From assembly GCA_028697835.1 (NCBI GenBank), contig JAQVDK010000002.1, positions 1 to 56,116 of the forward strand: 56,116 bases of DNA, given 5' to 3'. Under the pieces are notes generated by a model. That model ran no database searches. It was not told where the DNA came from and worked only from the letters and a program-made list of their open reading frames with translations. This stretch comes from Eubacteriales bacterium (GTDB lineage: Bacteria > Bacillota > Clostridia > Monoglobales > Firm-18). The position numbers and the translations under genes are program-made. Positions within the stretch are counted from its first letter, which is position 1; the number at the start of each line of letters is the position of its first letter. Shown piece by piece: positions 18,570 to 27,689 of this stretch.

Positions 18570-19399
18570 AGATAGGATATTTAGGACCGGACGGAACGTT
18601 TTCCCAGCTTGCGGCAAGCAAGCTGGAAAAATCCCTTTCAAACGTAGATGTAGAAAAGGTTGCTTATGCATCAATTCCAAGCCTTATTGCCGCAGCAGGC
18701 AGCGGGGAAGTTGACGCCGCTGTGCTGCCGATAGAAAACTCATTGGAAGGCGGCGTTAACACCACCCTTGACTGCCTTGCGTTCGAGTGTGACCTGTCAA
18801 TAACAAAAGAAATTTTAATCAAGGTCAGGCAGAATTTATTAAGTAAGACAGATATGAAAAATATAAAAAAAATATATTCCCATCCTCAACCGATAGGGCA
18901 GTGCTCCCGTTTTTTGGCAAAAAACTTTTCTAATGTTGAAATAGTTTACACAAACAGCACTGCACAGGCCGCCGCTTTTGCGGCAAAGGATACATCTTCC
19001 GCGGCTCTTGGCGGTGAAAGCCTGGCGGATAAGTACTCTCTTAATATTTTGGCACAAGGAATTGAGGACAATCCCGGAAACACCACACGTTTCGTGGTTG
19101 CAAAGAAGAATCCTCCGCCAATAGCGGAAGCGGACAAAACATCAATTGTATTTAATGTTGACAACAAGCCCGGGGCACTTTTTAAAATGCTTAGCATTTT
19201 TGATATTTTTGGTATAAACATGGTTAAAATAGAATCCCGTCCTGCCAAAACGGTTTTGGGTGAATATGTTTTTTTTGTTGACATAAATGGCTCCACAAAG
19301 GATGAAAACATTGAAAGAGACCTTGAAATAGTTAAATACAAATCTACTTTTTTCAAAATCTTAGGAACTTACAAGGAGGAAAAAAATGGCCGAGATTAG
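18566..19399 (+). CDS. pheA: Prephenate dehydratase (PDT + ACT domains)
   Basis: Has IGYLGPDGTFS, the TRF motif (NTTRFVV) and a C-terminal ACT domain (ESRP). ATGA overlap with aroF. Confidence 0.9.
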   Translation: MKIGYLGPDGTFSQLAASKLEKSLSNVDVEKVAYASIPSLIAAAGSGEVDAAVLPIENSLEGGVNTTLDCLAFECDLSITKEILIKVRQNLLSKTDMKNIKKIYSHPQPIGQCSRFLAKNFSNVEIVYTNSTAQAAAFAAKDTSSAALGGESLADKYSLNILAQGIEDNPGNTTRFVVAKKNPPPIAEADKTSIVFNVDNKPGALFKMLSIFDIFGINMVKIESRPAKTVLGEYVFFVDINGSTKDENIERDLEIVKYKSTFFKILGTYKEEKNGRD

Positions 19400-20360
19400 A
19401 TGGAATCCGCTAATCAAAGATTGGGTGATGATTGCTTCTCACAGGCAGGACAGGCCTCAAATGCCTAAGGATTGGTGTCCGTTTTGCCCCGGCAGTGGCA
19501 AGGTGCCTGATAATTTTGATGTATATAAATACGACAACGATTTTCCTGCACTGTCACAAACACCGCCTGTACCCGACGATGTAGCGACGAAGCTTTATTT
19601 AACCGCCGAAGCTTACGGAAAATGCGAGGTTGTTTTGTATTCGCCGGAGCATACCATAACACTTCCCGAGCTTCCGGTCCCTCATATACGAAAGCTTATT
19701 GACCTTTGGACAGATAGGTTTGTCCAGCTTTCAAAGGATGAAAAAACCAAATATGTGTTCATATTTGAAAACAGGGGCGAAGTTGTAGGGGTTACCATGC
19801 CCCATCCCCATGGACAAATTTACGCCTATCCCTTTATTCCAAAACGTATTGAGCTGGAGCTTGATGCCTGCCTTGAACACTATGAAAAAAACCACTCCTG
19901 CCTAATTTGCGACATGAACAAGGAGGAGAAAAACGCAGGTCTTAGGATAGTTATGGAAAACAAGCATTTTGTTGTTTACATACCATTTTTCAGTGAATAT
20001 CCGTATGGCACTTATGTTGTAAGCAAAGCCCACAAACAGAATATAGCCGAATTTACCGATGAGGAAAAGGACTCTCTGGCGCAAATTCTGCGAGACATTA
20101 CCGGAACCTATGACAGCTTGTTTGACAAGCAATTCCCATATATGATGTGTATGTATCAAAATCCCGTAAACAGTCAGGACACAAAAGACTATTATCATTT
20201 TAGAATTGTGTTTTTCCCGCCCATGCGTGATGAAAACAAGCAAAAATTCAACGCTTCCAGCGAAACGGGCGTATGGGCACATTGCAACACAACCGCTCCC
20301 GAGGAAAAAGCAAAGCAAATGCGAGATGCCTTTGAAAAATTCAAGAAAAAACATAGCTAA
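19386..20360 (+). CDS. galT: Galactose-1-phosphate uridylyltransferase-family (type 1 GalT, HIT superfamily) enzyme
   Basis: Zinc motif CPFCPG and active-site HPHGQIYA. RBS AGGAGG. Overlaps the pheA end by 14 nt. Confidence 0.82.
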   Translation: MAEIRWNPLIKDWVMIASHRQDRPQMPKDWCPFCPGSGKVPDNFDVYKYDNDFPALSQTPPVPDDVATKLYLTAEAYGKCEVVLYSPEHTITLPELPVPHIRKLIDLWTDRFVQLSKDEKTKYVFIFENRGEVVGVTMPHPHGQIYAYPFIPKRIELELDACLEHYEKNHSCLICDMNKEEKNAGLRIVMENKHFVVYIPFFSEYPYGTYVVSKAHKQNIAEFTDEEKDSLAQILRDITGTYDSLFDKQFPYMMCMYQNPVNSQDTKDYYHFRIVFFPPMRDENKQKFNASSETGVWAHCNTTAPEEKAKQMRDAFEKFKKKHS

Positions 20361-20408
20361 TAAGCAAAAGTGCAGCTTATTAGAAAAGCCGCAGGTTATA
20401 AAAAAATC

Positions 20409-20432
20409 AAAGTCTGCCATAAGGCAGACTTT
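20409..20432 (-). terminator. Candidate ftsZ terminator
   Basis: AAAGTCTGCC / GGCAGACTTT hairpin. On the minus strand it is followed by TTTGATTTTTT. Confidence 0.55.
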
Positions 20433-20444
20433 GTGCAAACTAAA

Positions 20445-20471
20445 ATAAGGGCGTAAGAGCCCTTATTTTTT
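20445..20471 (+). terminator. Candidate galT terminator
   Basis: AATAAGGGC / GCCCTTATT hairpin followed by TTTTTT on the plus strand. Confidence 0.62.
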
Positions 20472-20479
20472 ATATGTAT

Positions 20480-21547
20480 TTATCTTCTTAAAAACGGCGG
20501 TATGTCAATGTCGTCATCGTCAAACAATGTAGAAACGGATTCGCCTTCTTCCTCTTCTTCCGCCTTACCTTTAGACATCGGTCTGAATTCCTGAGGCTGA
20601 TTTTCCGAATCAAATCCGGTTGCTATAACGGTAACCTCTATTTCATCGCCTAAATCCTCTTTTATTGATGCACCAAATATGAAATCGGCGTTTTCATCCG
20701 CAAGTTCTTGGACAATCTCGTTAGCTCGTCCAATTTCAAGCATTCCCATTGCCGAGCCTCCGGCAATATTAAGCAAAATTCCCCTTGCTCCTTTAATGGA
20801 AGTTTCAAGAAGTGGGCTGTTTATAGCCAGCTTTGTAGCTTCCTCCGCCCTGTTTTTGCCGCTTGCCCTGCCTACGCCCATGTGGGCATATCCGGTGTTC
20901 TTCATAACACGCTTAACGTCTGCAAAGTCAAGATTGATAAGACCGGGAACAACAATAAGTTCGGATATTCCCTGCACGCCATGCTTTAATACATCGTCTG
21001 CCAACCTAAATGCGTCAATAACAATAAGGTCTTCCTCCAAAAGCTTGTCGTTTGGGATAACCACCAACGCATCAGACGCCTCTTTAAGCTGCACAATACC
21101 CGCTTCCGCCTGTACCATACGTTTTCTTCCTTCAAAGGTAAAAGGCTTGGTAACAATGGCAACGGTTAAAATGCCAAGCTCTTTAGCAACTGAAGCAACA
21201 ACAGGAGCAGCACCGGTTCCGGTTCCTCCGCCCATTCCTGCGGTAACAAACACCATGTCTGCGCCTTCTAATGACTTCGCAATATCGTCACGGCTTTCAT
21301 CGGCCGCCTTTTTACCTATTTCCGGGTCAGCGCCAGCACCCAAACCACGGGTTAGCTTTTCCCCAATTTGAATAACAGTTTGAGCATTAGATGCTCTTAA
21401 AGCCTGCTTGTCCGTATTTATGGAAATAAATTCAATGGACTTAAGACCTGCTTCTATCATTCGGTTAACCGCATTATTACCGCCGCCGCCAACACCCACG
21501 ACCTTTATTTGAGCTACCTGCTCTTTATCTATTTCAAATTCAATCAC
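20480..21547 (-). CDS. ftsZ: Cell division protein FtsZ
   Basis: Tubulin signature [10 protein letters not shown], an acidic linker, and the conserved C-terminal peptide [13 protein letters not shown] start 8 nt after AAGGAGG. Confidence 0.97.
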   Translation of the reverse strand: MIEFEIDKEQVAQIKVVGVGGGGNNAVNRMIEAGLKSIEFISINTDKQALRASNAQTVIQIGEKLTRGLGAGADPEIGKKAADESRDDIAKSLEGADMVFVTAGMGGGTGTGAAPVVASVAKELGILTVAIVTKPFTFEGRKRMVQAEAGIVQLKEASDALVVIPNDKLLEEDLIVIDAFRLADDVLKHGVQGISELIVVPGLINLDFADVKRVMKNTGYAHMGVGRASGKNRAEEATKLAINSPLLETSIKGARGILLNIAGGSAMGMLEIGRANEIVQELADENADFIFGASIKEDLGDEIEVTVIATGFDSENQPQEFRPMSKGKAEEEEEGESVSTLFDDDDIDIPPFLRR

Positions 21548-21606
21548 GGAACCGTCCTCCTTACAACATTATTTCGCTTTTAAATAAATTACACCATTAT
21601 TACAAC

Positions 21607-21635
21607 ATTATATATAACTTTTTTGGATTTGTAAA
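21607..21635 (-). promoter_or_regulatory. Sigma-A-type promoter candidate immediately upstream of ftsZ
   Basis: Minus strand reads TTTACA (21635-21630), 17 nt, TATAAT (21612-21607). Confidence 0.4.
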
Positions 21636-21672
21636 GCCAATAAGGCAAATTAGTTTAAAATTTTTATTAATT

Positions 21673-22014
21673 TTAGTCAGACGAGCGCCTGCTTAGCAAA
21701 AATCGACGAATTACGGAAAAATTTTGAAACAATCTGGTTCCAAATACAATAACTGCCGCCAAATAAATATCCACATCCAAAAGCTTTCCGATATAGGTTA
21801 AAACCATTGCTAAAATAGCGTTTCCAAAAAGTCCGGTCATAAAAATTTTCATTTTAAAATTATTGTTGATTGTTGCGGCAAATCCGCCAAAAACCGAATC
21901 CATGCCGGCAAGAATCGCTATGGCAACATAAGGAGTAAGCTCTGCCGGGATATTAACCGGAACGAATAAAGCAAGCCCCACTCCAAAAAGCAAAGCTATT
22001 ATTACCAAAATCAT
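21673..22014 (-). CDS. sbp: Small basic protein Sbp (DUF1290)
   Basis: 113-aa membrane protein whose end, FGTRLFQNFSVIRRFLL, closely resembles B. subtilis Sbp. ATGA overlap with the DUF881 gene. Confidence 0.8.
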   Translation of the reverse strand: MILVIIALLFGVGLALFVPVNIPAELTPYVAIAILAGMDSVFGGFAATINNNFKMKIFMTGLFGNAILAMVLTYIGKLLDVDIYLAAVIVFGTRLFQNFSVIRRFLLSRRSSD

Positions 22015-22757
22015 TGCTGTCCCTCCTTTTTTGCCGGCTCTTCCTGCACTGGCGTTGCGTAAACAAAGTTTATATTTCCCTTGTACGCATTAACAGTAAG
22101 CTTTGTTGACTTTTTAACCACAATATCAAGCCCATAGCTTTTTAATGCATCATAAACCCCACCTCTCATCATTAACGCATTTTCCATATTGGCTGAATCG
22201 CCTATTGCCATGATTTCAAAAGGTGCCGCAAAACGGTTGTTGTTAATGCTTATTGTAGCACCTGCACAGCGTATTTCCGATGTGGCTACAACCCGCTCTC
22301 CGTTTATCTGAATAGCCTCTGCGCCTGCATCGTTTAATTCGTTTATTATCCATAAAATATCCAGGTCATGGGCGATATAATCGTTAGGGTTAGAGCCTGC
22401 ACCGGAAGGGAGGCTGCTGTCCTTTACGGTAACAATAACACCCGGGCCTTCAACCGCTGTCAGCCCCGCAAGAACTTCCGCTCTTTGAAGCTGGCTTGAC
22501 AAAACCTTTGAATAGTCGCTGCTTGTTGCGGCTTTTTCCTGGTATTGATAAAGGTCGTCTTTTAAAGCATAAAGCTGAGTTTGCAGGTTTTCATTACGTT
22601 CCTTTTCCATTTGCAAAAGGGAGATAAGTTCTGCAGAGCGTGTATTTTCAGGGCTTTGAATCCTATTATGACTTACACTTCTTATTTGAAGCGTAATTGC
22701 AAACGCCATTATAAGGCAAATACTGCTTATTGCGATTTGTGCATTGGTAATTTTCAT
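22011..22757 (-). CDS. DUF881 (YlxW/YlxX-like) division-associated protein
   Basis: N-terminal TM anchor, a coiled coil, then a DUF881-like C-terminal domain (GPGVIVTV...INGERV...). The position between ftsQ and sbp matches the Bacillus dcw cluster. Confidence 0.78.
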   Translation of the reverse strand: MKITNAQIAISSICLIMAFAITLQIRSVSHNRIQSPENTRSAELISLLQMEKERNENLQTQLYALKDDLYQYQEKAATSSDYSKVLSSQLQRAEVLAGLTAVEGPGVIVTVKDSSLPSGAGSNPNDYIAHDLDILWIINELNDAGAEAIQINGERVVATSEIRCAGATISINNNRFAAPFEIMAIGDSANMENALMMRGGVYDALKSYGLDIVVKKSTKLTVNAYKGNINFVYATPVQEEPAKKEGQQ

Positions 22758-22775
22758 TGTTTTAACCTCCCAAAC

Positions 22776-23570
22776 TTATTTAACTTCTCTGTAGTTAGCC
22801 CCTGTTTTCGGATTGCTCATATTTAGATAGCCTTTGGGATTTGGCCCCAGCTTATCGTTAATAGTCCTTAAAGTAAGGTTTATCTTATAGTCTATATCTT
22901 CTGTTTTTCCGATATACACTTCCAAGTTTTCTTTGTAAAAAAGCGTAAGCTTGTCCACTTCAGAAACGTCAATGGATGTAAAGCTTTCCAAAGCTTTATT
23001 ATCCGTTATTGCCTTTATGGCATCACAAATCATTTCATTTTTTTCTTGAAAGTCCGGCTGCAAAATCTCTCCCGCAGCAAAGTTCTCCACGCCGCTGCCG
23101 GTAATCATGGGAACGGTTTTCTCCGGAACGCTTTCGCTATACTCCAGTATTTTACAGTTTTCATCTATATAAATGTATCCTTCGTCAAGGGGCACATAGC
23201 CATAAACTTCGGATTCAGTAATTTCAAATTTAATAATGTTTGGAATTTTTCTGCTTATTTTTACGGTGTCTATATAAGGTATCTGCTCTATAAAGTCTTT
23301 TGCTCTTTTAACATTTGCGGCAAATATGTTTTCGCCATAATTTATACTTGACGCCAACACTATTTCTTCAGTCGGCACAACTGAATTATTAACACATACT
23401 ATTTCTTTTATTCTAAAGATGGGTGAAAGACGCAGGAAGAGAATTAAACATAAAAGCAGAAAGGAGAAAAACAGAATCTTTCTTCTTCTGCGATTACGTT
23501 TAATTCTTTTTTTATAATTTTTGACCCTGACAGTTCTTCCGTCAGGAGTCATTCTGCTTACGTAATCCAT
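22776..23570 (-). CDS. ftsQ: Cell division protein FtsQ/DivIB (POTRA)
   Basis: Basic cytoplasmic tail, one TM helix, then POTRA/FtsQ-type domains. ATG 23570 follows GAGGTG; the track start at 23582 is TTG. Confidence 0.8.
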   Translation of the reverse strand: MDYVSRMTPDGRTVRVKNYKKRIKRNRRRRKILFFSFLLLCLILFLRLSPIFRIKEIVCVNNSVVPTEEIVLASSINYGENIFAANVKRAKDFIEQIPYIDTVKISRKIPNIIKFEITESEVYGYVPLDEGYIYIDENCKILEYSESVPEKTVPMITGSGVENFAAGEILQPDFQEKNEMICDAIKAITDNKALESFTSIDVSEVDKLTLFYKENLEVYIGKTEDIDYKINLTLRTINDKLGPNPKGYLNMSNPKTGANYREVK

Positions 23571-23594
23571 ACTGCACCTCAAAGCTTGCTTTAG

Positions 23595-24848
23595 TTAATC
23601 TATTCTCTTTATGTTTGCTCCAAGAGCCCTTAATCCTTCGTCAAAATTTTCATATCCCCTGTCCAAATGGCACAAGCCTGAAACTTCAGTAGTTCCTTCC
23701 GCATTAAGCCCTGCAATTATCAGGGCTGCCGCGCCCCGAAGGTCGGTTGCGGCAACCTTTGTGCCCGAAAGGCGTTTTACCCCCTTTACCACCGCAATCC
23801 TTCCGTCAACCTTTATGTCCGCTCCCATTCTGTTAAGCTCGGCAACATGCTTATAACGGTTTTCAAACATGTTTTCCGCAATTATGCTGGTTCCGTCAGC
23901 CACTGAAAGAACAGACATAATAGGCGCCTGAGCATCCGTCGGAAAGCCGGGATGGGGAAGTGTGCGTATATAATTAATGGGCAGGGGCCGGCTTTCGGCC
24001 TTGATGGTTACCGTATCGGCTTGCGACGATACTTCAAACCCGCAATCCTTTAAAACAGAAACAACGGGATGGATATGTTCCGGCACTACATTGGTAAGGG
24101 TAACATGTCCGCCGGCTGCTGCTGTTGCGGCAAGGAACGAGGATGCAACAATCCTGTCGGGTATAACGCAATGCTCAACATTGTGCAAGCGGTCCACACC
24201 CTCTATGGTGATAACCGATGTGCCGGCACCGCTGATTTTTGCCCCCATTTTGTTTAAATAATCTTGTAAATCTACAATTTCAGGCTCCTTTGCCGCATTG
24301 TTAATGGTGGTGACGCCTTTTGACAAAACTGTTACAAGCATGATATTTTCCGTTGCCCCAACGCTGGGGAAATCCAAGTGAATGTTATCAGGCTTGATAT
24401 CGTCAACCTCACAGTTTATGTAACCATGTGATTCATCCACCTTAATGCCAAGTTGTCTGAAAGCTTTTAAATGAAGGTCAATAGGACGTGGTCCAAGTTC
24501 ACAACCACCGGGCATGGAAATAGAAGCCTTTCGGCATCTTGCGACTATTGCTCCCAAAAACATAATCGACGAGCGCATCTCTCTCATCAAAGACTCGGGA
24601 ACATGGTGGGTTGAAATATTTTCTGAATCAACTATAATGGTGCTTCCTTCCCAGGTTACATTGCAACCAAGACCTTTTAATATATCGATTGATGATTTTA
24701 CGTCTTTAAGGCGAGGGCAATCCCGGATAATATTTTTTCCGCCGTTTATTACAGTAGCGGCAAGAATCGGAAGCACGGCATTTTTTGCACCTTGTACTCT
24801 AACAACGCCTTCAAGCCGTTGTCCGCCTTCTATAATAATTTTACTCAT
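23595..24848 (-). CDS. murA: UDP-N-acetylglucosamine 1-carboxyvinyltransferase
   Basis: 417 aa with GAKNAVLPILAA and the active-site Cys loop PGGCELGPRPIDLH. Confidence 0.95.
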   Translation of the reverse strand: MSKIIIEGGQRLEGVVRVQGAKNAVLPILAATVINGGKNIIRDCPRLKDVKSSIDILKGLGCNVTWEGSTIIVDSENISTHHVPESLMREMRSSIMFLGAIVARCRKASISMPGGCELGPRPIDLHLKAFRQLGIKVDESHGYINCEVDDIKPDNIHLDFPSVGATENIMLVTVLSKGVTTINNAAKEPEIVDLQDYLNKMGAKISGAGTSVITIEGVDRLHNVEHCVIPDRIVASSFLAATAAAGGHVTLTNVVPEHIHPVVSVLKDCGFEVSSQADTVTIKAESRPLPINYIRTLPHPGFPTDAQAPIMSVLSVADGTSIIAENMFENRYKHVAELNRMGADIKVDGRIAVVKGVKRLSGTKVAATDLRGAAALIIAGLNAEGTTEVSGLCHLDRGYENFDEGLRALGANIKRID

Positions 24849-24957
24849 TACTCAAATCAATCCTCTCCGTATTTCTTTGCAATAATATAATATGCAGGAA
24901 AAAATAGTAAGGTGAATTTTGGGTAACAAGCATATATAGAAAGCGAATCAAAAACTG

Positions 24958-27201
24958 TTATACGTTAGGCTCTCCCAAATCCAAAGGTGTTGGGGTTGGA
25001 GTGGGCGTTGGAGTTGGTGTTGGCGCAGGAGCCTTGGATGATTCCGGTTTTTTACTTTGCTGCGGCGATGATGTGGAAGGTGAATCGGGCTTTTTGGATG
25101 GGGACGGGCTTGCAGTCGAATCTTGAAGGTCTTGGTCTTCCTCTGCATCTGTTTGCTCGTCATCTAAATCCTCATCTTCAGGCTCGTGGGATGTGCAAAC
25201 CACTCTTGGCTGAGTGCCTGATTTAAAATAGCTTGTTCGCGTGGATTTACAAAGCTCGCCGGGAAGGTCGCCGGATATGGTACAATAAGTGGCAGAAACT
25301 ACTCCGCTGCTTGCCGAAAAGGGCATGCCGGGCAGCTTTTTGGCGCTGTGGATTTGCTGCATTACCCTTTTCCACATGCCAACACCCGGGTTGCTGCCCA
25401 TATAACTCATGGACTGCGGATTATCATAGCCTATCCAAATTCCTCCTACATAATAAGGAGTAAATCCTACAAACCATCTATCAATATCCTTATCGGTTGT
25501 TCCGGTTTTGCCGCCTATGCCATAAGCACCGCTAAACCTTGCCGAACCGCCGGTGCCATAATCTACGACACCTTTTAGCATATTTGCCATAATGGATGCC
25601 GTTTGCTCCGACATCGCCTTATGGCTTTGCTTTTTATTTTCCAATATAATTCTTCCTTCGCTGTCCGTAACCTTTGCATAGCTGTATGGCTTTGTATAAA
25701 TTCCCCTGTTTACAAAAGGAACGTAGGCCGCTGTAAGCTCAAGGGGCGAAATTCCTTTTGAAAGCCCGCCCAAGGAAATAGCCAAGGATTTATCCAAATC
25801 GGTAAGGGTTGAAATTTTTAAATTTTCTTCCATGAATTTAACGCTTGCATTAACCCCCAAACGCTCTAAAACCTGAACAGCAACGGTGTTTATAGATTGC
25901 TCCAAGGCATAGCTTATAACCATGGGGCCTCTAAAGCCTGCGTAAAAGTTTTTAGGCGACCAGCCGTTGGCGTATCTTAAAAGTTTGTCCTGATAAACTG
26001 TTGCAGGGGTAATTAAATTATGTTCAATGGCAGGCGCATAAACAGCAATAGGCTTGATTGCGGAGCCCGGCTGGCGATATGACTGGGTTGCGCGGTTTAA
26101 GGTCCTGTTGGCGGTTTTTTCCCCTCTTCCTCCAACAACCCCTTTTATCTCACCTGTTTCGGGACTGATTATAACCATCGCAGCTTCCGGTGCTTCTGCG
26201 TTCCTTGGCTTTGGAATGCTTGAAGGGTCTGCAAAGACCTTGTCCATGGCCGATTGAACAACAGGGTCTATTGTTGCATATATTTGCAAACCTCCACTAT
26301 AGAGCATCCTTTCGGCAATTGCCGAGGAATGTCCTTTAACCTGCTGCAAATCACGCAAAACATCCGCAATTACAAGGTCGGCAAAATATGACTGCTTGCT
26401 TACTGCCTCGCGGCTTTTGCCGACAAATTTCAGCTCTTCGGAAACAGCCTCGTCATAAGTTTTTTTATCTATGTATCCCAGTTGAAGCATTTTTGCAAGA
26501 ATAACCTCTTGCTTTGCTTTGTTGTTTTCGGGATTTACAATTGGGTCGTAGTAAGACGGAAGCTGGGTTATCCCTGCAATAGCAGCAGATTGGGCAATGG
26601 TTAGCTGTGAAACATCCTTATCAAAATAAAAATCTGCGGCACTGCCTATTCCATAACAGCCTTGCGCCAAATATATGGTATTCATGTAAAGCTCTAAAAT
26701 CTGCTCCTTGGTCAGTTTCCTCTCAAGGCTTACAGCCCTTGCGATTTCCCTGATTTTACGAGTAGGGGTAATATCCTTCTCTCCGGTAATGTTTTTAATA
26801 AGCTGTTGGGTTATAGTACTGGCACCCCTGCCTTTTCTCCTTAAAACATAGTCAAAAACAGCCTTGGATGTGCTTTTAATGTCAAAGCCCTTATGCTTAT
26901 AAAACCGTTCGTCTTCAATTGCAATAAACGCCAGCTGAAGGTGCTTCGGCGTTTCCGTAATATCGACCCAAACACGGTTTTCTTCGCCATAGAGGCGTTC
27001 ATACTCAACTCTTTCACCTGTTTCAGGGTCAATATAATAAATAAAAGAAGTTTCATTAAGCTGCAGTTCGTCGATATTTAAGCCTGCAGTGGTATCAAGC
27101 AGTCCAAAAAGTGCTCCGGCAACCACTCCCGCCGCAATTATTCCGCCGAACAAAAGCACCCCAACGAAAACCTTAATAAACATTTTTGATGCTTTAGACA
27201 T
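24958..27201 (-). CDS. Class A penicillin-binding protein (glycosyltransferase + transpeptidase) with low-complexity tail
   Basis: GT51 motifs (EDERFYKHKGFD, RGASTITQQL) and a transpeptidase domain (SAIKP, KTGTT). ATG 27201 follows AGGGGTG; the track start at 27207 is GTG. Confidence 0.92.
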   Translation of the reverse strand: MSKASKMFIKVFVGVLLFGGIIAAGVVAGALFGLLDTTAGLNIDELQLNETSFIYYIDPETGERVEYERLYGEENRVWVDITETPKHLQLAFIAIEDERFYKHKGFDIKSTSKAVFDYVLRRKGRGASTITQQLIKNITGEKDITPTRKIREIARAVSLERKLTKEQILELYMNTIYLAQGCYGIGSAADFYFDKDVSQLTIAQSAAIAGITQLPSYYDPIVNPENNKAKQEVILAKMLQLGYIDKKTYDEAVSEELKFVGKSREAVSKQSYFADLVIADVLRDLQQVKGHSSAIAERMLYSGGLQIYATIDPVVQSAMDKVFADPSSIPKPRNAEAPEAAMVIISPETGEIKGVVGGRGEKTANRTLNRATQSYRQPGSAIKPIAVYAPAIEHNLITPATVYQDKLLRYANGWSPKNFYAGFRGPMVISYALEQSINTVAVQVLERLGVNASVKFMEENLKISTLTDLDKSLAISLGGLSKGISPLELTAAYVPFVNRGIYTKPYSYAKVTDSEGRIILENKKQSHKAMSEQTASIMANMLKGVVDYGTGGSARFSGAYGIGGKTGTTDKDIDRWFVGFTPYYVGGIWIGYDNPQSMSYMGSNPGVGMWKRVMQQIHSAKKLPGMPFSASSGVVSATYCTISGDLPGELCKSTRTSYFKSGTQPRVVCTSHEPEDEDLDDEQTDAEEDQDLQDSTASPSPSKKPDSPSTSSPQQSKKPESSKAPAPTPTPTPTPTPTPLDLGEPNV
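24985..25032 (-). repeat. Imperfect hexanucleotide repeat encoding (AP)2(TP)6
   Basis: Plus strand reads agg tgt tgg ggt tgg agt ggg cgt tgg agt tgg tgt tgg cgc agg agc. Synonymous codons vary between units. Confidence 0.8.
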
Positions 27202-27368
27202 AGTCACACCCCTAAACTCAATGCTTAAGATTTACTTTTTACACAATATTTTAATTATATCACATTTTCTAATAAAAAACATCATAAAATGAATATTTTT
27301 GCCCAAAGTGTGAAATAATATTTAAAGATTTACCAAAAATTCGTTTTCATACCAAAAGGAGGCAAAAT

Positions 27369-27689
27369 ATGAAACGAACAAAGCTGGCAATGATAATTTC
27401 GATATCTGCATTCGTTATTATATACTCCGCAGCACTTGTAAGCTTAGGGATATATTTGGGCAAAAAGCAAACCACGCCGCCCATCGCCGCGGTAGCAGCC
27501 ACACATTTTATAGTAAAAGAGTACAACAACCAAATAGCTGTGTTTGAAGAAGGCTCCCAGATACCAATTAAATATCTAAGCATAAACATACACAGCCTGC
27601 GTAAGCAAGATAGGCTTAAGTTTCAAGAAGGCATCGTTGTGGAAAATGAAATAGAGCTTGCAAAATTAGAGGAGGACTTTTCCAATTAG
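27369..27689 (+). CDS. Hypothetical membrane-anchored small protein
   Basis: 106 aa with strong RBS AAAGGAGG. One N-terminal TM helix, then a short beta-rich domain (HFIVKEYNNQIAVFEEGS...). Its 3' end overlaps the convergent prmA by 24 nt. Confidence 0.5.
   Translation: MKRTKLAMIISISAFVIIYSAALVSLGIYLGKKQTTPPIAAVAATHFIVKEYNNQIAVFEEGSQIPIKYLSINIHSLRKQDRLKFQEGIVVENEIELAKLEEDFSN

Noticed and set aside
20679-21371. Long antisense ORFs inside well-supported genes. Examples: 230 aa opposite ftsZ; 223 aa at 49518-50189 opposite dxr; 181/169 aa at 46040-46610 opposite polC; 177 aa at 46905-47438 opposite ispG; 160 aa at 10106-10588 opposite the GT2 gene; 178 aa at 19902-20438 opposite galT; 164 aa at 54982-55476 opposite rplM.
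   Set aside because: They have low-complexity, Ser/Pro/Ala-rich or otherwise implausible sequences, no RBS, and lie fully inside genes with strong motif support. These are typical shadow ORFs.
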